Positions 9,844-21,084 are shown, numbered from the stretch's first letter. The stretch: DNA of 53,624 nt from Candidatus Altiarchaeales archaeon ex4484_96 (GCA_002254405.1 NJDH01000001.1:1-53624), one strand, 5' to 3'. A program made the numbers and translations. The notes: generated from the sequence alone by a model not told the origin.

Positions 9844-10968
9844 ATGAAAATGGATTATGAGACGATAAGGAAGTTGGAGCAAAAATTTTACTCTAACACG
9901 TTTGGTCGGCTGCCTCTTGCCCTTGAGAGGGGTGAAGGGATGTATCTTTTTGATTTCGGGGGTAGAAGATACCTTGATATGTTCTCTGGGATAGCCGTTA
10001 ACTGCTTGGGACACGCTCATCCCGCGGTTTTAGAGGCAATAAAACGCCAATCAGGCAAGCTTATGCATGTCTCCAACTGGTACTATACTCTGCCCCAGGT
10101 CGAGTTAGCGCAGATGCTGACTAAACTAACGGGCATGGAAAAGGCTTTCTTCACCAACTCCGGGACAGAAGCCGTTGAGGCGGCGATTAAGCTTGTAAGA
10201 GCAAGGACAGGGAAAAAACAGATTATAGCGATGAAGGGGGCTTTCCATGGGAGGAGCCTTGGGGCTTTGAGCCTTACATGGGAGAGCAAATACCGCAAAC
10301 CCTTTGAGCCTCTTATCCCTGGGATGCGTTTTGCTAAATACAACGATTTAGATTCTCTGAAAAACAATATAAGCGAGGACACTGCTGCGGTTATTCTCGA
10401 GCCGGTTTTGGGGGAAGCGGGTGTCATTATCCCGGACGCAGATTACCTGAAGGCTGTTAGGGAACTAACCGAAGAAAAAAATATTTTGTTGATTGTTGAT
10501 GAGGTGCAGACGGGTTTCGGGAGAACGGGGGTGCTGTTCGCTTACCAGAAGTCGGGTATAACACCAGATATATTGTGTCTGGCTAAGGGGTTGGGCTCTG
10601 GTTTCCCAATCGGGGCCATGCTTTCTTCAGGGGTTGACTTTAAACCAGGCGAGCATGGGGGCACCTTTATCGGGAACCCCCTAGCCTGTGAGGTGGCGAA
10701 AGCTGTGATAAAAACAATAATAGAGGATAATCTGGTCGGGAACTCCGAACAAATAGGCTCATATCTAATAGAGAAGCTTAAGGACGGTGGCTTTGATGTG
10801 TGGGGCCGGGGTCTTATGATTGGTGTTGGCGTGCCAAACGGCGAAAAGAAGGTTTTGAGTTTGATTGATAAAGGTGTTTTATCTATCCACTCAGGTAATA
10901 CCGTGAGGATACTGCCGCCTCTTATCATAGGAAAAAAACACGCTGATGAATTATTATCCTTATTCTGA
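9844..10968 (+). CDS. argD: Class III aminotransferase (acetylornithine / LysW-lysine aminotransferase type)
   Basis: DEVQTGFGRTG and LAKGLGSGFPIGA motifs. 374 aa. Confidence 0.78.
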   Translation: MKMDYETIRKLEQKFYSNTFGRLPLALERGEGMYLFDFGGRRYLDMFSGIAVNCLGHAHPAVLEAIKRQSGKLMHVSNWYYTLPQVELAQMLTKLTGMEKAFFTNSGTEAVEAAIKLVRARTGKKQIIAMKGAFHGRSLGALSLTWESKYRKPFEPLIPGMRFAKYNDLDSLKNNISEDTAAVILEPVLGEAGVIIPDADYLKAVRELTEEKNILLIVDEVQTGFGRTGVLFAYQKSGITPDILCLAKGLGSGFPIGAMLSSGVDFKPGEHGGTFIGNPLACEVAKAVIKTIIEDNLVGNSEQIGSYLIEKLKDGGFDVWGRGLMIGVGVPNGEKKVLSLIDKGVLSIHSGNTVRILPPLIIGKKHADELLSLF

Positions 10969-11000
10969 CTTATATTGATGTAATAGAAGGTATTATCTTC

Positions 11001-12407
11001 TTGATGATGGATTGCGAGAAAATAAAAAAGGAGTTACTGGACGATATCAGAATCTTCAGCGAGAAGCTTAGAGGACAGAAGGAGGTTTTGGTGGTCAGCC
11101 ACCATGATGCGGATGGGATAACCGCTGCCGCTATTTTGATTGATTTGTTTCGTTTCCTTGACATCGATGTTGAATCCATGATAAGCAAACAGCTGGACAG
11201 CAAGGTCGTCAGGGAAATAAAAAATCAGGGGAAGACCGTGGTTTTCTCGGATATGGGCTCCGGGCAGCTTATGATTATAAGGGAAAACAAGCTCGACTAC
11301 TACATAATAGACCATCATCAGCCTCTGAAAAAAGACGATAGACAGGTTAACCCTCATTTTTACGGGTACGACGGGGGCTCTGATGTTTCCGGCGCCGGGA
11401 TGGCTTATCTGGTGGCGAAATCGCTTGGCAGAACCGATATGGCTCATCTGGCTTTGGTCGGGGCTGTTGGAGACATGCAGGATTCACAAGGCAAACTTGA
11501 GTCGATTAACAGGGTTATTCTATCGGATGCTGTGAAGCAAGGCAGCGTGAAGGTTAAAAATGACCTGCGTTTGTTTGGGCGCCAAAGCCGGCCCCTGCAT
11601 CTGATGCTGGCTTATGCCTCTGACCCGATTATCCCGGGTCTCACTGGAAACCAGCAGGGGTGCATGCAGTTTATCGAATCGCTTGACATTAATCCCAGAA
11701 GGGATGACAATAATTTTAAAAGCTACGTTGACCTGGATATTAATGAAAGAAAAAAGCTGATTAGCGCCTTATATATGAGGCTTCTGGACTTTAACGTACC
11801 GGAATACTTGATTCAGGGGATGGTGGGTGAAGTGTATACCCTGCTGGCTGAGGAAAAAAGAAGCGAACTTAGGGATACTAAGGAATACGCTACCCTCATG
11901 AACGCCTGCGGGCGCCAGGAGAAACCCGAGATAGGCCTGCGCGTGTGCCTGGGGGATAGGGGTTTGGGATGGCAGCAAGCCAGGGAGCTTTTGCAGTCTC
12001 ACCGGGAGATGCTTCGGAAAGGCATAGAGTATTTATCTAACCGGGGTGTTGAGGAGAGAAAAAACCTCTATTATTTCAAGGCAGGGGGTGACATAAACGA
12101 GAGAATCATTGGTGTAGTCGCCGGGATGGCCTATGGAGCCAGGATAATACCACCCGATAAGCCCATACTTGCTTTTGCCGAGGACAGGGAGGATCCGGAG
12201 TTGATGAAGGTTTCGGCCCGGGCTAACTGGCGCCTTATAAACAAGGGCATACACTTGGGTAATGCGATGAGGGAGGTGAGCAAATCCCTCGGAGGCGAGG
12301 GAGGCGGGCATGATATCGCAGCCGGGGCCACCATACCGAAGACAGAGGTTGATTCGTTTATTGAGTTAGTGGATGAGTTATTAGATAAACAGCTCGCGGG
12401 TATTTAA
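11001..12407 (+). CDS. DHH/DHHA1 phosphoesterase, archaeal RecJ-like (GAN/Cdc45-like) nuclease
   Basis: VVSHHDADGITAAAIL (DHH motif I-II region) and C-terminal GGGHDIAAGA (DHHA1). 468 aa. Confidence 0.72.
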   Translation: MMMDCEKIKKELLDDIRIFSEKLRGQKEVLVVSHHDADGITAAAILIDLFRFLDIDVESMISKQLDSKVVREIKNQGKTVVFSDMGSGQLMIIRENKLDYYIIDHHQPLKKDDRQVNPHFYGYDGGSDVSGAGMAYLVAKSLGRTDMAHLALVGAVGDMQDSQGKLESINRVILSDAVKQGSVKVKNDLRLFGRQSRPLHLMLAYASDPIIPGLTGNQQGCMQFIESLDINPRRDDNNFKSYVDLDINERKKLISALYMRLLDFNVPEYLIQGMVGEVYTLLAEEKRSELRDTKEYATLMNACGRQEKPEIGLRVCLGDRGLGWQQARELLQSHREMLRKGIEYLSNRGVEERKNLYYFKAGGDINERIIGVVAGMAYGARIIPPDKPILAFAEDREDPELMKVSARANWRLINKGIHLGNAMREVSKSLGGEGGGHDIAAGATIPKTEVDSFIELVDELLDKQLAGI

Positions 12408-12497
12408 ATAATGACTCGAATAATTATTTCTCTCATTCTGGGTGCACCGGATTGCTCTGGTGTACGCCGGGAAATAATAACTGTTTAATAATATAAA

Positions 12498-12950
12498 ATG
12501 GCTCGCATGCATTCACGCAGAAGAGGCAATTCTGGCTCCAAAAAACCCAGCAGAAAACAAACAGGTTGGATGAGCTACGACCCCAAGGAAATGGAGGAAT
12601 TGATTGTCAAGCTGGCTAAAGCAGATAAGACACCCAGCGAGATAGGAACCATCCTAAGAGACAGTTATAGCATAACAAGCGTAAAAGACGTTACCGGTAA
12701 AAAACTAGGGTATTACTTAAAGAAAAACAATCTGGCATCAGATATCCCGGAAGACCTTGAGAATCTCATACGTAAAGCGGTTAACCTGAGAAAACACCTT
12801 GAAACCCATAAAAAAGACATACACAACAAGAGGAATCTAGCCCTTATTGAGTCGAAAATCAGGCGGCTGGTCAGATACTACAAGAACACCAGGAAGCTGG
12901 CAGCGGACTGGAGATACGACCCTGAGAAAGCGAGGCTGATGATAAGATGA
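12498..12950 (+). CDS. rps15: 30S ribosomal protein S15 (uS15)
   Basis: [18 protein letters not shown]-terminus, 150 aa, archaeal/eukaryotic S13e/S15 type. Confidence 0.9.
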   Translation: MARMHSRRRGNSGSKKPSRKQTGWMSYDPKEMEELIVKLAKADKTPSEIGTILRDSYSITSVKDVTGKKLGYYLKKNNLASDIPEDLENLIRKAVNLRKHLETHKKDIHNKRNLALIESKIRRLVRYYKNTRKLAADWRYDPEKARLMIR

Positions 12951-13168
12951 AAGCCAAAGCCCTACTTGAGACTAAATCAGTGGATGCGGCATCTATAGCC
13001 TTATCCCTTCAGACAGATAACGTGAGAATGGATAAATTATGTATTGAAACAAAAGCATCACAGGATTATATTATCACCCGGGTGCAGGCGCAAGACCTTG
13101 GTTGTCTGCTTAACACCCTAGACGATATAGTCAGAGCTCAGATGATTGCAGAAAAGGTGATTTCATAA
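12947..13168 (+). CDS. pcc1: KEOPS complex subunit Pcc1-like
   Basis: 73 aa. The pattern [12 protein letters not shown]...[28 protein letters not shown] resembles Pcc1/CTAG. ATGA start/stop overlap with rps15. Confidence 0.5.
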   Translation: MKAKALLETKSVDAASIALSLQTDNVRMDKLCIETKASQDYIITRVQAQDLGCLLNTLDDIVRAQMIAEKVIS

Positions 13169-13173
13169 AAAAA

Positions 13174-13734
13174 ATGGCTCGAAAGAAGGTTTCATCATGG
13201 AAGAAAAAGCAATTTTTCACCATCCTAGCACCCAAGGACTTCGAGTACAGGAAGATAGGTGAGTGCATAGCTAAAGAGCCCGGTAATGTTGTTGGAAGAA
13301 TGGTTGACGTGTCTCTTTGGGAGATGCTTAAAGACAAGAGCAAACAGCACATGAAGATTATTTTCGAGATAGTTGAGGTTAAAAGAGGTGAGGCTCACAC
13401 GCGTTTCAAGAAATTCGAGGTCAACCCCGGATACCTGAGATCAAAAGTCAAAAAAGGCGCAAGCAAGATAGACAGCATAATAGAGGTTACGCTCAAAGAC
13501 GACGTTAGGGTTCAGGTGAAAACATTAACCATCACCTACAAGCATATTTCGTCAACCAAGAAAAGAGATATCAGAGCCAAGGTTCTTGAAATCACCGAAT
13601 CATACAGCAACCTTAACGTGAACGAGTTCATCCAGCAGGCTATTGCAGGTAAAATAGGGAGCAACATATACAAGGAAGTCAAAAGGATAAGCCCTGTTAG
13701 AAGGGTTGAGCTGGAAGAAATCAAAGCGCTCTGA
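13174..13734 (+). CDS. rps3ae: 30S ribosomal protein S3Ae (eS1)
   Basis: MARKKVSSWKKKQFFTILAPKDFE N-terminus, 186 aa. Confidence 0.9.
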   Translation: MARKKVSSWKKKQFFTILAPKDFEYRKIGECIAKEPGNVVGRMVDVSLWEMLKDKSKQHMKIIFEIVEVKRGEAHTRFKKFEVNPGYLRSKVKKGASKIDSIIEVTLKDDVRVQVKTLTITYKHISSTKKRDIRAKVLEITESYSNLNVNEFIQQAIAGKIGSNIYKEVKRISPVRRVELEEIKAL

Positions 13735-13735
13735 T

Positions 13736-15139
13736 TTAATAATATTTCTCGCAGTAGATGAAGGCATTGGGTATTTTTTCCATCACATCAGTGGCCGTGT
13801 AATAATATTTATTTTCCTCCCAACATAAATCACCCGCTAGACCCGATATGAACGAGCCGGCTGCAGCCGCGTAAAATAAGGTTGTATTCCGGTTGCAAGC
13901 TAAGGCACCTATGATGCCCGCTAAAACATCACCTGTCCCTCCCACAGTCATCCCGACATTGCCTGTTTTATTTAATTTAAGCTGGCTGCCATCAGAGATA
14001 ACGTCAACCGGGGCCTTAAGAAGGATTACGGTATTGGTTTCATGTGCTTTATCCTTGAGCGTATCATAGTCTTTTGGTTTCACACCGAATAGTGTCTCAT
14101 ACTCTGCCCTGTGGGGTGTTAATATCACGTTGCCCCTGGAGTATCTTTTTAAAACACCCGGGGTTAGGAGTTTAAGGGCATCAGCGTCGAAGACAATCGG
14201 TTTATCAGTTCCCTTAAGCAGCTTTTTCAGGGCGTCAGCTGATTGTTTTTCTGTGCCAAGGCCGTTTCCAACAACAATGGAATCAAAGTTTAATTCAAGT
14301 ATTTTTTCGACGTCTGATTTATCCAGATAATATTTGGAATCAAGTTTCGTGTATATCAGGTTGGGGTTTTTTTCCATCAACTCCAGTGCATAGGATGGGG
14401 CGGCTATAATGCTTAGGTCCGCTCCGGATTTAAGCGCCGAGTAGGCTGTGAGAACGGGTGCTCCAATGTATTCCCTGCTTGCCCCCACCACAAGAACACG
14501 CCCATAATCTCCCTTGTGTTTCTCCTGCACCCGCGCTGGTGCTGCAAGATAGACATCACCCGGACCGCAAATTAATTCAGCCTCCCTTGGTATGCTTATC
14601 TGCGCAACCTCTGCCTTCTGTGTCTTGGGGAGGTGGAAAGATAAAACCAGATCAGCTTTAAACCCGAAAGCAGGTAAATCAACCGCGATTTTATGGGACT
14701 TCGCGTGGTTTAATGCTTCAACAAGCCCTTTAACGGGTTGCCTTAGCTCTCCCCTGATGCCCGCGCCGATTAATGCCTCTATGATGCAGTCGTATTCGGT
14801 TAGTTCTTTGCTGATTTCATCGCACTGGCTTGAGTCAGTAACGTATTCGACGTCTATATAATCCAGTTTCTCAATTATGTCATGGTTTATCTGGTTTTCT
14901 TTTGTTCTCTCACCCTTGAGAGAATATACCTTGACTTTTTTGCCGATGGAAGAAAGCTGTCTTGCAGCGACCAACCCGTCTCCGCCGTTGTTCCCTAATC
15001 CTGCGAATACCGCTATCTTGTCGTATTTGTCCGCCTTTAAGGATATTTCTTTGCCTGCGTTTTCCATCAACAAAAGCCCTTCAATTCCCAGATATGATGA
15101 GTTCATATCCAATGCCCGGGTTAGCTTTAGGTTATCCAT
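13736..15139 (-). CDS. nnr: Bifunctional NAD(P)H-hydrate repair enzyme Nnr (epimerase + ADP-dependent dehydratase)
   Basis: GLGNNGGDG (YjeF N-terminal domain) and GGTGDVLAGIIGAL (C-terminal kinase-fold domain). 467 aa. Confidence 0.85.
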   Translation of the reverse strand: MDNLKLTRALDMNSSYLGIEGLLLMENAGKEISLKADKYDKIAVFAGLGNNGGDGLVAARQLSSIGKKVKVYSLKGERTKENQINHDIIEKLDYIDVEYVTDSSQCDEISKELTEYDCIIEALIGAGIRGELRQPVKGLVEALNHAKSHKIAVDLPAFGFKADLVLSFHLPKTQKAEVAQISIPREAELICGPGDVYLAAPARVQEKHKGDYGRVLVVGASREYIGAPVLTAYSALKSGADLSIIAAPSYALELMEKNPNLIYTKLDSKYYLDKSDVEKILELNFDSIVVGNGLGTEKQSADALKKLLKGTDKPIVFDADALKLLTPGVLKRYSRGNVILTPHRAEYETLFGVKPKDYDTLKDKAHETNTVILLKAPVDVISDGSQLKLNKTGNVGMTVGGTGDVLAGIIGALACNRNTTLFYAAAAGSFISGLAGDLCWEENKYYYTATDVMEKIPNAFIYCEKYY

Positions 15140-15153
15140 TATCGAGGGTTTAT

Positions 15154-17325
15154 TTAGCGATAGAAGGCCATCTCCTTGTGGTCTGCGTCAATCTCTTTCT
15201 CGAATGATTTGATATCCAGTCTTGATATTGACGGGTTTATTTTTTTCAGGGCGTCCTTAAAGTGTTCCATGGTGACCTTATCTGATTTAATGTTCTTCCT
15301 CAGTGATATCATCGCAGCCTCCCTGCATACTGCCTCAATATCGGCTCCGCTGTATTCCTTGGTTTTCTCGGCCAGCTCGTCTAGGTCGACATCATCAATA
15401 GGCATTTCTTTTGTGTGTATCCCAAAAATCTGGAGCCTAGCTTTTTTATCTGGTATGGGCACAACAATCCTTGTATCGAATCTCCCGGGTCTCAGTAGAG
15501 CCGAATCGACTATATCTGGCCTGTTTGTTGCCCCGATGATTAATACGTTTTCCAGGGTTTCGATGCCGTCCATCTCGGCCAGTATTTGGTTCACAACAGT
15601 CTCTGATACGTGCGATCCGGATGAATCGTCCCCGCGTCTTCTTGGAGCCAGTGAATCTATTTCATCAAATAGTATGATTGTGGGTGAGGTCTGCTTTGCT
15701 TTCTTAAATATTTCCCTCACCGCCTTCTCTGATTCACCAACCCATTTAGATAAAAGCTCAGGTCCCTTAACGGCTATCAGATTAGCCTCTGATTCGTTTG
15801 CGGCTGCTTTCGCCAGAAGGGTTTTACCGCATCCGGGGGGACCATATAGCATGATGGCCTTCGAGGGTCTGATACCCATCCTTTTGAAGGCGTCAGGGTA
15901 TTTCATAGGCCACTCCACAGCCTCCCGCAGAAGATTTTTCACTTCCTCAAGCCCTCCGATGTCATTCCATTTGACGTTTGGTATCTCAACGAGCACCTCC
16001 CTTAGTGCAGAGGGTGAAACAAGCTTTTTTGCGTCGATGAAATCATTTCTCTCAACCTTGAGTGTTTCCAGCAGCTCAACAGGTATTTCATCTTTTTCTA
16101 GGTCAATATGCGGTAGTATTCTTTTCAGGGTCTGCATGGCTGCTTCCTTGGAGAGGGATGCTAAATCCGCTCCCACAAAACCGTGTGTTGAAGAGGCTAT
16201 CTCATCCAGGTCAACTTCTTTTGACAGGGGCATGTTTCTGGTATGAATCTGTAGTATTTCTTTCCTGCCTTCCCTGTCTGGCACGCCTATCTCTATTTCC
16301 CTGTCGAATCTACCCGGTCTTCTGAGGGCGGGGTCTATTGAGTTAGGTCGGTTTGTTGCCGCTATGACGACAACGTTTTCTCTTTCCATCAGCCCGTCCA
16401 TCAGGGCTAGAAGCTGTGCTACAACTCTTCTTTCGACTTCACCCTTGGTTTCCTCTCTTTTCGGTGCGATGGAATCAAGCTCATCAATGAATATGATTGA
16501 AGGTGAGTTTTGCTGGGCTTCAGAGAATATTTCTCTGAGCTTTCTCTCTGATTCACCATAGTATTTGTCCATTATCTCGGGGCCGTTGAGCGGGATGAAA
16601 TATGAGTTTGTTTCGCTTGCCACGGCCTTTGCTATTAGGGTTTTGCCTGTTCCCGGGGGCCCGTAAAGCAGCACACCCTTAGGGGGGAGTATCCCTAGTT
16701 TCTCGAATAGCTCGGGGTGTTTCATGGGGAGCTCAACCATCTCCCTGACCCTTGATATCTCATCTTTGAGTCCTCCGATGTCCTCGTATCTTACCGCCAG
16801 CTCTATTGGCTCCATCTGGAGGGGTTTTTCTCTTATCTCAAGGTTTGTGTTGGTGAGTATCTGAACCACGCCTGTTGGTTTGGTTTTGGCTACGACAAAG
16901 GGTATGGCCTGGCCCAGCACCCCGATAGAGAGGTTGTCTCCTTTCATTATGGGTCGGCCCATGAATCTTTGTTTTATGTGGCTTGCGAAGTCGCCGCCGA
17001 ATTTTATTTCGTGTTTGATGGGTGCTATTATTATTTTTTTTGCCGGGCTGGCGTTGGCTTTACTTATCGTGATGCGGTCCCCCAGCGAGGTCTCTGAATT
17101 CTGTCTGAGAAGACCGTCTATTCTTATTATTCCCGCTCCTATGTCCTGGGGGTGAAGTGGCCATACGATGGCTGCTGTGTTTTTTTTGCCTTGGATTTCT
17201 ATTATGTCCCCTGATGTTACATCAAGGTTTTTCATTGTGAACTCGTCTATTCTTGCTATACCTCTACCCACATCGTTTTGAAGGGCTTCCATTACCTTCA
17301 GTTCTGTTTGCTTTTTTTTGGCCAT
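15154..17325 (-). CDS. cdc48: CDC48/VCP-type double AAA+ ATPase
   Basis: Two Walker A sites, [15 protein letters not shown] and [15 protein letters not shown], plus an N-terminal CDC48 domain. Start set at ATG 17325 ([11 protein letters not shown]), because the longer ORF runs into truD. Confidence 0.9.
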   Translation of the reverse strand: MAKKKQTELKVMEALQNDVGRGIARIDEFTMKNLDVTSGDIIEIQGKKNTAAIVWPLHPQDIGAGIIRIDGLLRQNSETSLGDRITISKANASPAKKIIIAPIKHEIKFGGDFASHIKQRFMGRPIMKGDNLSIGVLGQAIPFVVAKTKPTGVVQILTNTNLEIREKPLQMEPIELAVRYEDIGGLKDEISRVREMVELPMKHPELFEKLGILPPKGVLLYGPPGTGKTLIAKAVASETNSYFIPLNGPEIMDKYYGESERKLREIFSEAQQNSPSIIFIDELDSIAPKREETKGEVERRVVAQLLALMDGLMERENVVVIAATNRPNSIDPALRRPGRFDREIEIGVPDREGRKEILQIHTRNMPLSKEVDLDEIASSTHGFVGADLASLSKEAAMQTLKRILPHIDLEKDEIPVELLETLKVERNDFIDAKKLVSPSALREVLVEIPNVKWNDIGGLEEVKNLLREAVEWPMKYPDAFKRMGIRPSKAIMLYGPPGCGKTLLAKAAANESEANLIAVKGPELLSKWVGESEKAVREIFKKAKQTSPTIILFDEIDSLAPRRRGDDSSGSHVSETVVNQILAEMDGIETLENVLIIGATNRPDIVDSALLRPGRFDTRIVVPIPDKKARLQIFGIHTKEMPIDDVDLDELAEKTKEYSGADIEAVCREAAMISLRKNIKSDKVTMEHFKDALKKINPSISRLDIKSFEKEIDADHKEMAFYR

Positions 17326-17411
17326 TTTTTTTTGTTTAATGAAATAGATATGTTCGAATAGATAAACATATGATGTAATATATATATTGAATTTAACATA
17401 TAAAAAGCAGA

Positions 17412-18605
17412 TTAGCTCTTCATAAACTCCTCTAAAAGCACAGTAGCATAACATCCCTTAGGCAGGATAAAACGTAATTCAACCATCGATTTAGAGGGAT
17501 AATAATCATCTACACCAACACCCAATAAAACAAAATCACGGTAATAAACAAAAGCGTCCCTTAAAACACCTGCAGAACCCAGACCCGGAAGAGAGGATAC
17601 CCGAAAATCCCCAGGCCCAACACCCTCATCTTCAAGTATCATGGACGTGACCTCATCCACCCCGCTTTTATACCCAACCAATGGAAGCCTCTCCACTATA
17701 AAACCCTCCCTGATATAATAGCTGAGAGCCAGGTTGAAAATGTAGGACTGATAAGCATGAACAAACATCTTTCTTAAACCATAAGGTAACTGCATTAAAG
17801 CACCCCCCCAATCGCCTTCTTCCCGTATCAGGTGGTTTATTAGAGAATGCTCGTACTCCAGATGCCGGGGGTATTCCCGCACAGCACGCCTCATATCCCC
17901 CGTATCCCGAAGCCTTTTCCTCACATCAGCTAAAGACTCACCCTCCCCTGGAAAACAGGAAGTCAGATAGATTAAAACAGCCTCCCTGAGGTTTCCTTTA
18001 ACAATTTCTCTGCCTACAAGATGAGTTATCGGCCTTTTCGAGCCGAAACGCTGCACCCCGAAAAAATTAGGGTAACCTGATACAAGTTCCCCGTCTATCG
18101 CCTTAACCCTGCTTTCAATCTCCCCGGAAGATAAACCAACATCCCTTATTCTTACAGTGAAACGGTTAGCCTGTAAATCACCAAGATTTATTCTATCATC
18201 GCAGTATTGCGGGTCACGAATCCTAATTCCGCCCAGATTAACCCGCATAACATCATCAGCGCCCACCCCCCAAACCGAAATCCTCTGGGTGCTCACCGCT
18301 CTTTTATCCTTTGTTCCAGCGTAACCTATCCTTTTCTGGCTAACCCGCAAAGCATTAGACAGCTCTTTCACCGCCCTAAGCGTGCTAATGTTGCTTTTTT
18401 CAAGAGTTAAATGTATTTGTTCAGCCGGCTGCCCTAAATCCAATCCCAGGGATATGCCTGCTTTAAGTATTAAACCATCGGGTGTTATTTCTTCAACAAG
18501 AAAATCCTCAGCTTTATGCTTAAGCCGCCCCCCTATACCAGAAGTATGGGACTTATATACCATCACCCCAATCTCTTTTCCGGGTCGTGTTTTATCCATA
18601 GCCAT
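17412..18605 (-). CDS. truD: tRNA pseudouridine(13) synthase TruD
   Basis: [14 protein letters not shown] catalytic-Asp motif. 397 aa. Confidence 0.85.
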   Translation of the reverse strand: MAMDKTRPGKEIGVMVYKSHTSGIGGRLKHKAEDFLVEEITPDGLILKAGISLGLDLGQPAEQIHLTLEKSNISTLRAVKELSNALRVSQKRIGYAGTKDKRAVSTQRISVWGVGADDVMRVNLGGIRIRDPQYCDDRINLGDLQANRFTVRIRDVGLSSGEIESRVKAIDGELVSGYPNFFGVQRFGSKRPITHLVGREIVKGNLREAVLIYLTSCFPGEGESLADVRKRLRDTGDMRRAVREYPRHLEYEHSLINHLIREEGDWGGALMQLPYGLRKMFVHAYQSYIFNLALSYYIREGFIVERLPLVGYKSGVDEVTSMILEDEGVGPGDFRVSSLPGLGSAGVLRDAFVYYRDFVLLGVGVDDYYPSKSMVELRFILPKGCYATVLLEEFMKS

Positions 18606-18619
18606 ATAATATATATCTT

Positions 18620-18919
18620 ATGCCATCATTAAGTGAAACCCAAAAACAGGTTGAAGGCTATGACAAAAAACACGGGTGGGATGAAGATAAACCCAGCCAC
18701 ATAGTGCTGCACATGAGCGAGGAACTGGGTGAGATATCCAGAAGGATTCTGAGAAACGAAGGCTACAAAAAAGAAGACTTCGACCCTAAAGAGCTGGGTA
18801 TGGAACTCACGGACCTGCTTTATCTAACCCTTAAACTGGCTAACAGCTTTGATATCCGCCTAGAGGATGAATGGAATAAGATGTGGGAACGCTACAAGAC
18901 GAAAACAAACCGTTCTTAA
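18620..18919 (+). CDS. MazG-like nucleotide pyrophosphohydrolase domain protein
   Basis: 99 aa. IVLHMSEELGEISR...ELTDLLYLTLKLAN has the four-helix MazG EExxE-type pattern. Confidence 0.6.
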   Translation: MPSLSETQKQVEGYDKKHGWDEDKPSHIVLHMSEELGEISRRILRNEGYKKEDFDPKELGMELTDLLYLTLKLANSFDIRLEDEWNKMWERYKTKTNRS

Positions 18920-18944
18920 GTTTTGTCTACGATATATTTATCTG

Positions 18945-19241
18945 ATGGATGAAACAAAAAAACTGCTGGAGGAGCTGATTAAGCCAACACCAGCTAAGGT
19001 TTTAGTATCCTTTATCGTGGGAGTTTATCTCTTGTCCATCGAGTTCACGGACAAGATATGGTGCTATCAGGGGCTTCCGCTGCCCATATACAGGTGGTGT
19101 GGTCCAGAGAACATACCAAGGGATCACGCACTTTCATTGGGTCATTTTATCGTAGCCGATCTTGTGGTATGGTATCTTCTGGGGTGCCTGCTCTCATGGT
19201 TTCTTTTTCTATTGTTTGGGAGATACCTTAATATTAACTGA
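18945..19241 (+). CDS. Small hypothetical membrane protein
   Basis: Internal ATG 18945 (MDETKKLL) avoids the overlap with the MazG gene. Two hydrophobic helices. Confidence 0.35.
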   Translation: MDETKKLLEELIKPTPAKVLVSFIVGVYLLSIEFTDKIWCYQGLPLPIYRWCGPENIPRDHALSLGHFIVADLVVWYLLGCLLSWFLFLLFGRYLNIN

Positions 19242-19243
19242 AA

Positions 19244-20590
19244 ATGTCAATCTATCGAGCATACGATATCAGGGGCGTATATGGCAGGGATTTAACCCTT
19301 GATAAAGCCGTGAAAATAGGTCAAGCCTTCGCATCATATGTTGGTGGGGGAGAAATCGTTGTAGGATATGATGCGCGTGAAAGCGCACTTAAGCTGAGAG
19401 ACTCGCTGGTTGAGGGTTTAACCTCCGGCGGATGCGATGTCCTCGATGTGGGTATGGTGCCCACCCCCGTATTATATTTCACGATATCCCACTTTAACAA
19501 AGACGGCGGGATTATGATAACCGGCTCCCATAACCCACCAGAGTACAATGGATTCAAGCTTTGCCGGGGAACCAAAACACTCTATGGGGAGGAGATACAG
19601 GAGCTGAAAAAAATCATCGAATCAGGTATAATGAGGGAAGGCAAGGGTTGTGTTGAGAAATTAAACGTTAAAGAGACCTACCTGAATTATGTAGCCGAAA
19701 GAATTAATCTGGGGAAGAAAATGAAGATTGTGGTAGATGCAGGTAATGGGGCCCTAGATGATTATGCCACCAGATTATTCCTAAGGCTCGGCTGTGAGGT
19801 TGAATGCATTTACTGTGAACCTGATGGGAGCTTCCCTAACCATTTCCCGGACCCGACTGTTGATGATAATCTGGTGGATTTAATCGATAAAGTCAGGGTG
19901 AATAAAGCGGATTTGGGTGTTGCATTCGACGGGGACTGCGATAGGCTTGGTGTCGTGGATGAAGCCGGGAATGTTGTTCGCGGGGATCAGGTTCTGGTTC
20001 TCTTCAGCAGGCAGGTGCTTGAAAGTAAACCTAATTCAAAGATTATCTTTGAGGTTAAATGCAGCCAGGCCTTGATTGATGAGATAATGAAACATGGGGG
20101 GATTCCCATAATGTATCGTACAGGACATTCTTTCATAAAAAAGAAGATGCGTGATGAGCATTCTCCTTTGGCGGGGGAGATGTCGGGTCACTTTTTTTTC
20201 GCAGACAACTATTATGGATTCGATGATGGGGTTTATGCAGCAGCCCGGTTGGTTGAGATACTGTCTAAATCCGCTAGCAGCTTATCTGAACTTGTTGAGG
20301 GGATGCCGAGCTATTATTCAACCCCCGAGATTAGATTGAAATGCAGCGAGGAGGAGAAATTTGCCGTAGTGGAGAGTGTCCGCGATAGGTTCAGTGGATT
20401 ATATGATGTGATTGATGTGGATGGGGTGAGGGTTCAGTTCAAAGACGGGTGGGGGCTGGTTCGTGCCAGCAACACAGAGCCTGCGTTGATATTGAGGTTT
20501 GAGGCTAAATCAAAGCAGCGCCTTGAGGAGATAAGTAATCTCATAACCCAGGAACTGAAAAGATTTCCTTCTTTAATTTTCGACACCTAA
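19244..20590 (+). CDS. Phosphoglucomutase/phosphomannomutase-family phosphohexomutase
   Basis: Active-site TGSHNPPEYNGFK and metal-binding GVAFDGDCDRLG. 448 aa. Confidence 0.85.
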   Translation: MSIYRAYDIRGVYGRDLTLDKAVKIGQAFASYVGGGEIVVGYDARESALKLRDSLVEGLTSGGCDVLDVGMVPTPVLYFTISHFNKDGGIMITGSHNPPEYNGFKLCRGTKTLYGEEIQELKKIIESGIMREGKGCVEKLNVKETYLNYVAERINLGKKMKIVVDAGNGALDDYATRLFLRLGCEVECIYCEPDGSFPNHFPDPTVDDNLVDLIDKVRVNKADLGVAFDGDCDRLGVVDEAGNVVRGDQVLVLFSRQVLESKPNSKIIFEVKCSQALIDEIMKHGGIPIMYRTGHSFIKKKMRDEHSPLAGEMSGHFFFADNYYGFDDGVYAAARLVEILSKSASSLSELVEGMPSYYSTPEIRLKCSEEEKFAVVESVRDRFSGLYDVIDVDGVRVQFKDGWGLVRASNTEPALILRFEAKSKQRLEEISNLITQELKRFPSLIFDT

Positions 20591-20596
20591 TTATTT

Positions 20597-20672
20597 AATC
20601 CATGATGAGATAATATCGGCTGAGTTCCTTTAACATAGGAATGATGATGAGGCTTATGAGCACTGAAAGATT
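20597..20672 (+). ncRNA. Candidate C/D-box sRNA (2'-O-methylation guide)
   Basis: C box ATGATGA 20602-20608, D' CTGA 20620-20623 (11-nt spacer), C' ATGATGA 20644-20650, D CTGA 20663-20666 (exactly 12-nt spacer). Terminal pairing AATC 20597-20600 with GATT 20669-20672. Internal hairpin TTCCT/AGGAA. Confidence 0.55.
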
Positions 20673-20703
20673 GATATAACAATTTTATAGTCGGGGGTGT
20701 CTA

Positions 20704-21084
20704 ATGAATATTATGGGGAAAAAGGTTATGATACTGGATGACCAGGAATTCAGCCGAGCTACAGCGATTACTTTATTGAAAAACAAGGGATTTAAGGAGT
20801 TTATCGAGTGTTCTGATGCACAAGACGCTCTTGAGAAATACAAAAAAACAAAACCTTATTTTGTCATAACTGATATTATTTTACCCGGGATGTCGGGTAA
20901 AGAGTTTCTAAAGAAGGTTCTGGAATTCGACCCCAAAGCCAGGGTTTTTGTTATGAGCGTATTAAGCAGGGAGGAAGACATGAGGGATTGCCTGGATCTG
21001 GGTTCCGCTGGTTTTCTGAGCAAACCCTTAACAGAGAACAAAATAGAGCATGTAATATACGCCCTCAAGCATATGGGGGATTAA
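20704..21084 (+). CDS. Stand-alone response-regulator receiver domain (CheY-like)
   Basis: 126 aa. KVMILDD, FVITDIILPGMSG and GFLSKPL supply the acidic pocket, phospho-Asp and conserved Lys. Confidence 0.8.
   Translation: MNIMGKKVMILDDQEFSRATAITLLKNKGFKEFIECSDAQDALEKYKKTKPYFVITDIILPGMSGKEFLKKVLEFDPKARVFVMSVLSREEDMRDCLDLGSAGFLSKPLTENKIEHVIYALKHMGD

Noticed and set aside
15176-16246. 356-aa plus-strand ORF (Ser/Phe/Ile-rich).
   Set aside because: It lies entirely antisense to the strongly supported Cdc48 AAA ATPase gene. Its composition is low-complexity, as expected for a shadow frame, and it contains no recognisable motif.
17326-17454. 43-aa N-terminal extension of the Cdc48 ORF ([14 protein letters not shown]...).
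   Set aside because: The extension overlaps the 3' end of truD and crosses an AT-rich promoter-like spacer. The conserved Cdc48 N-terminus starts at [11 protein letters not shown] (ATG 17325).
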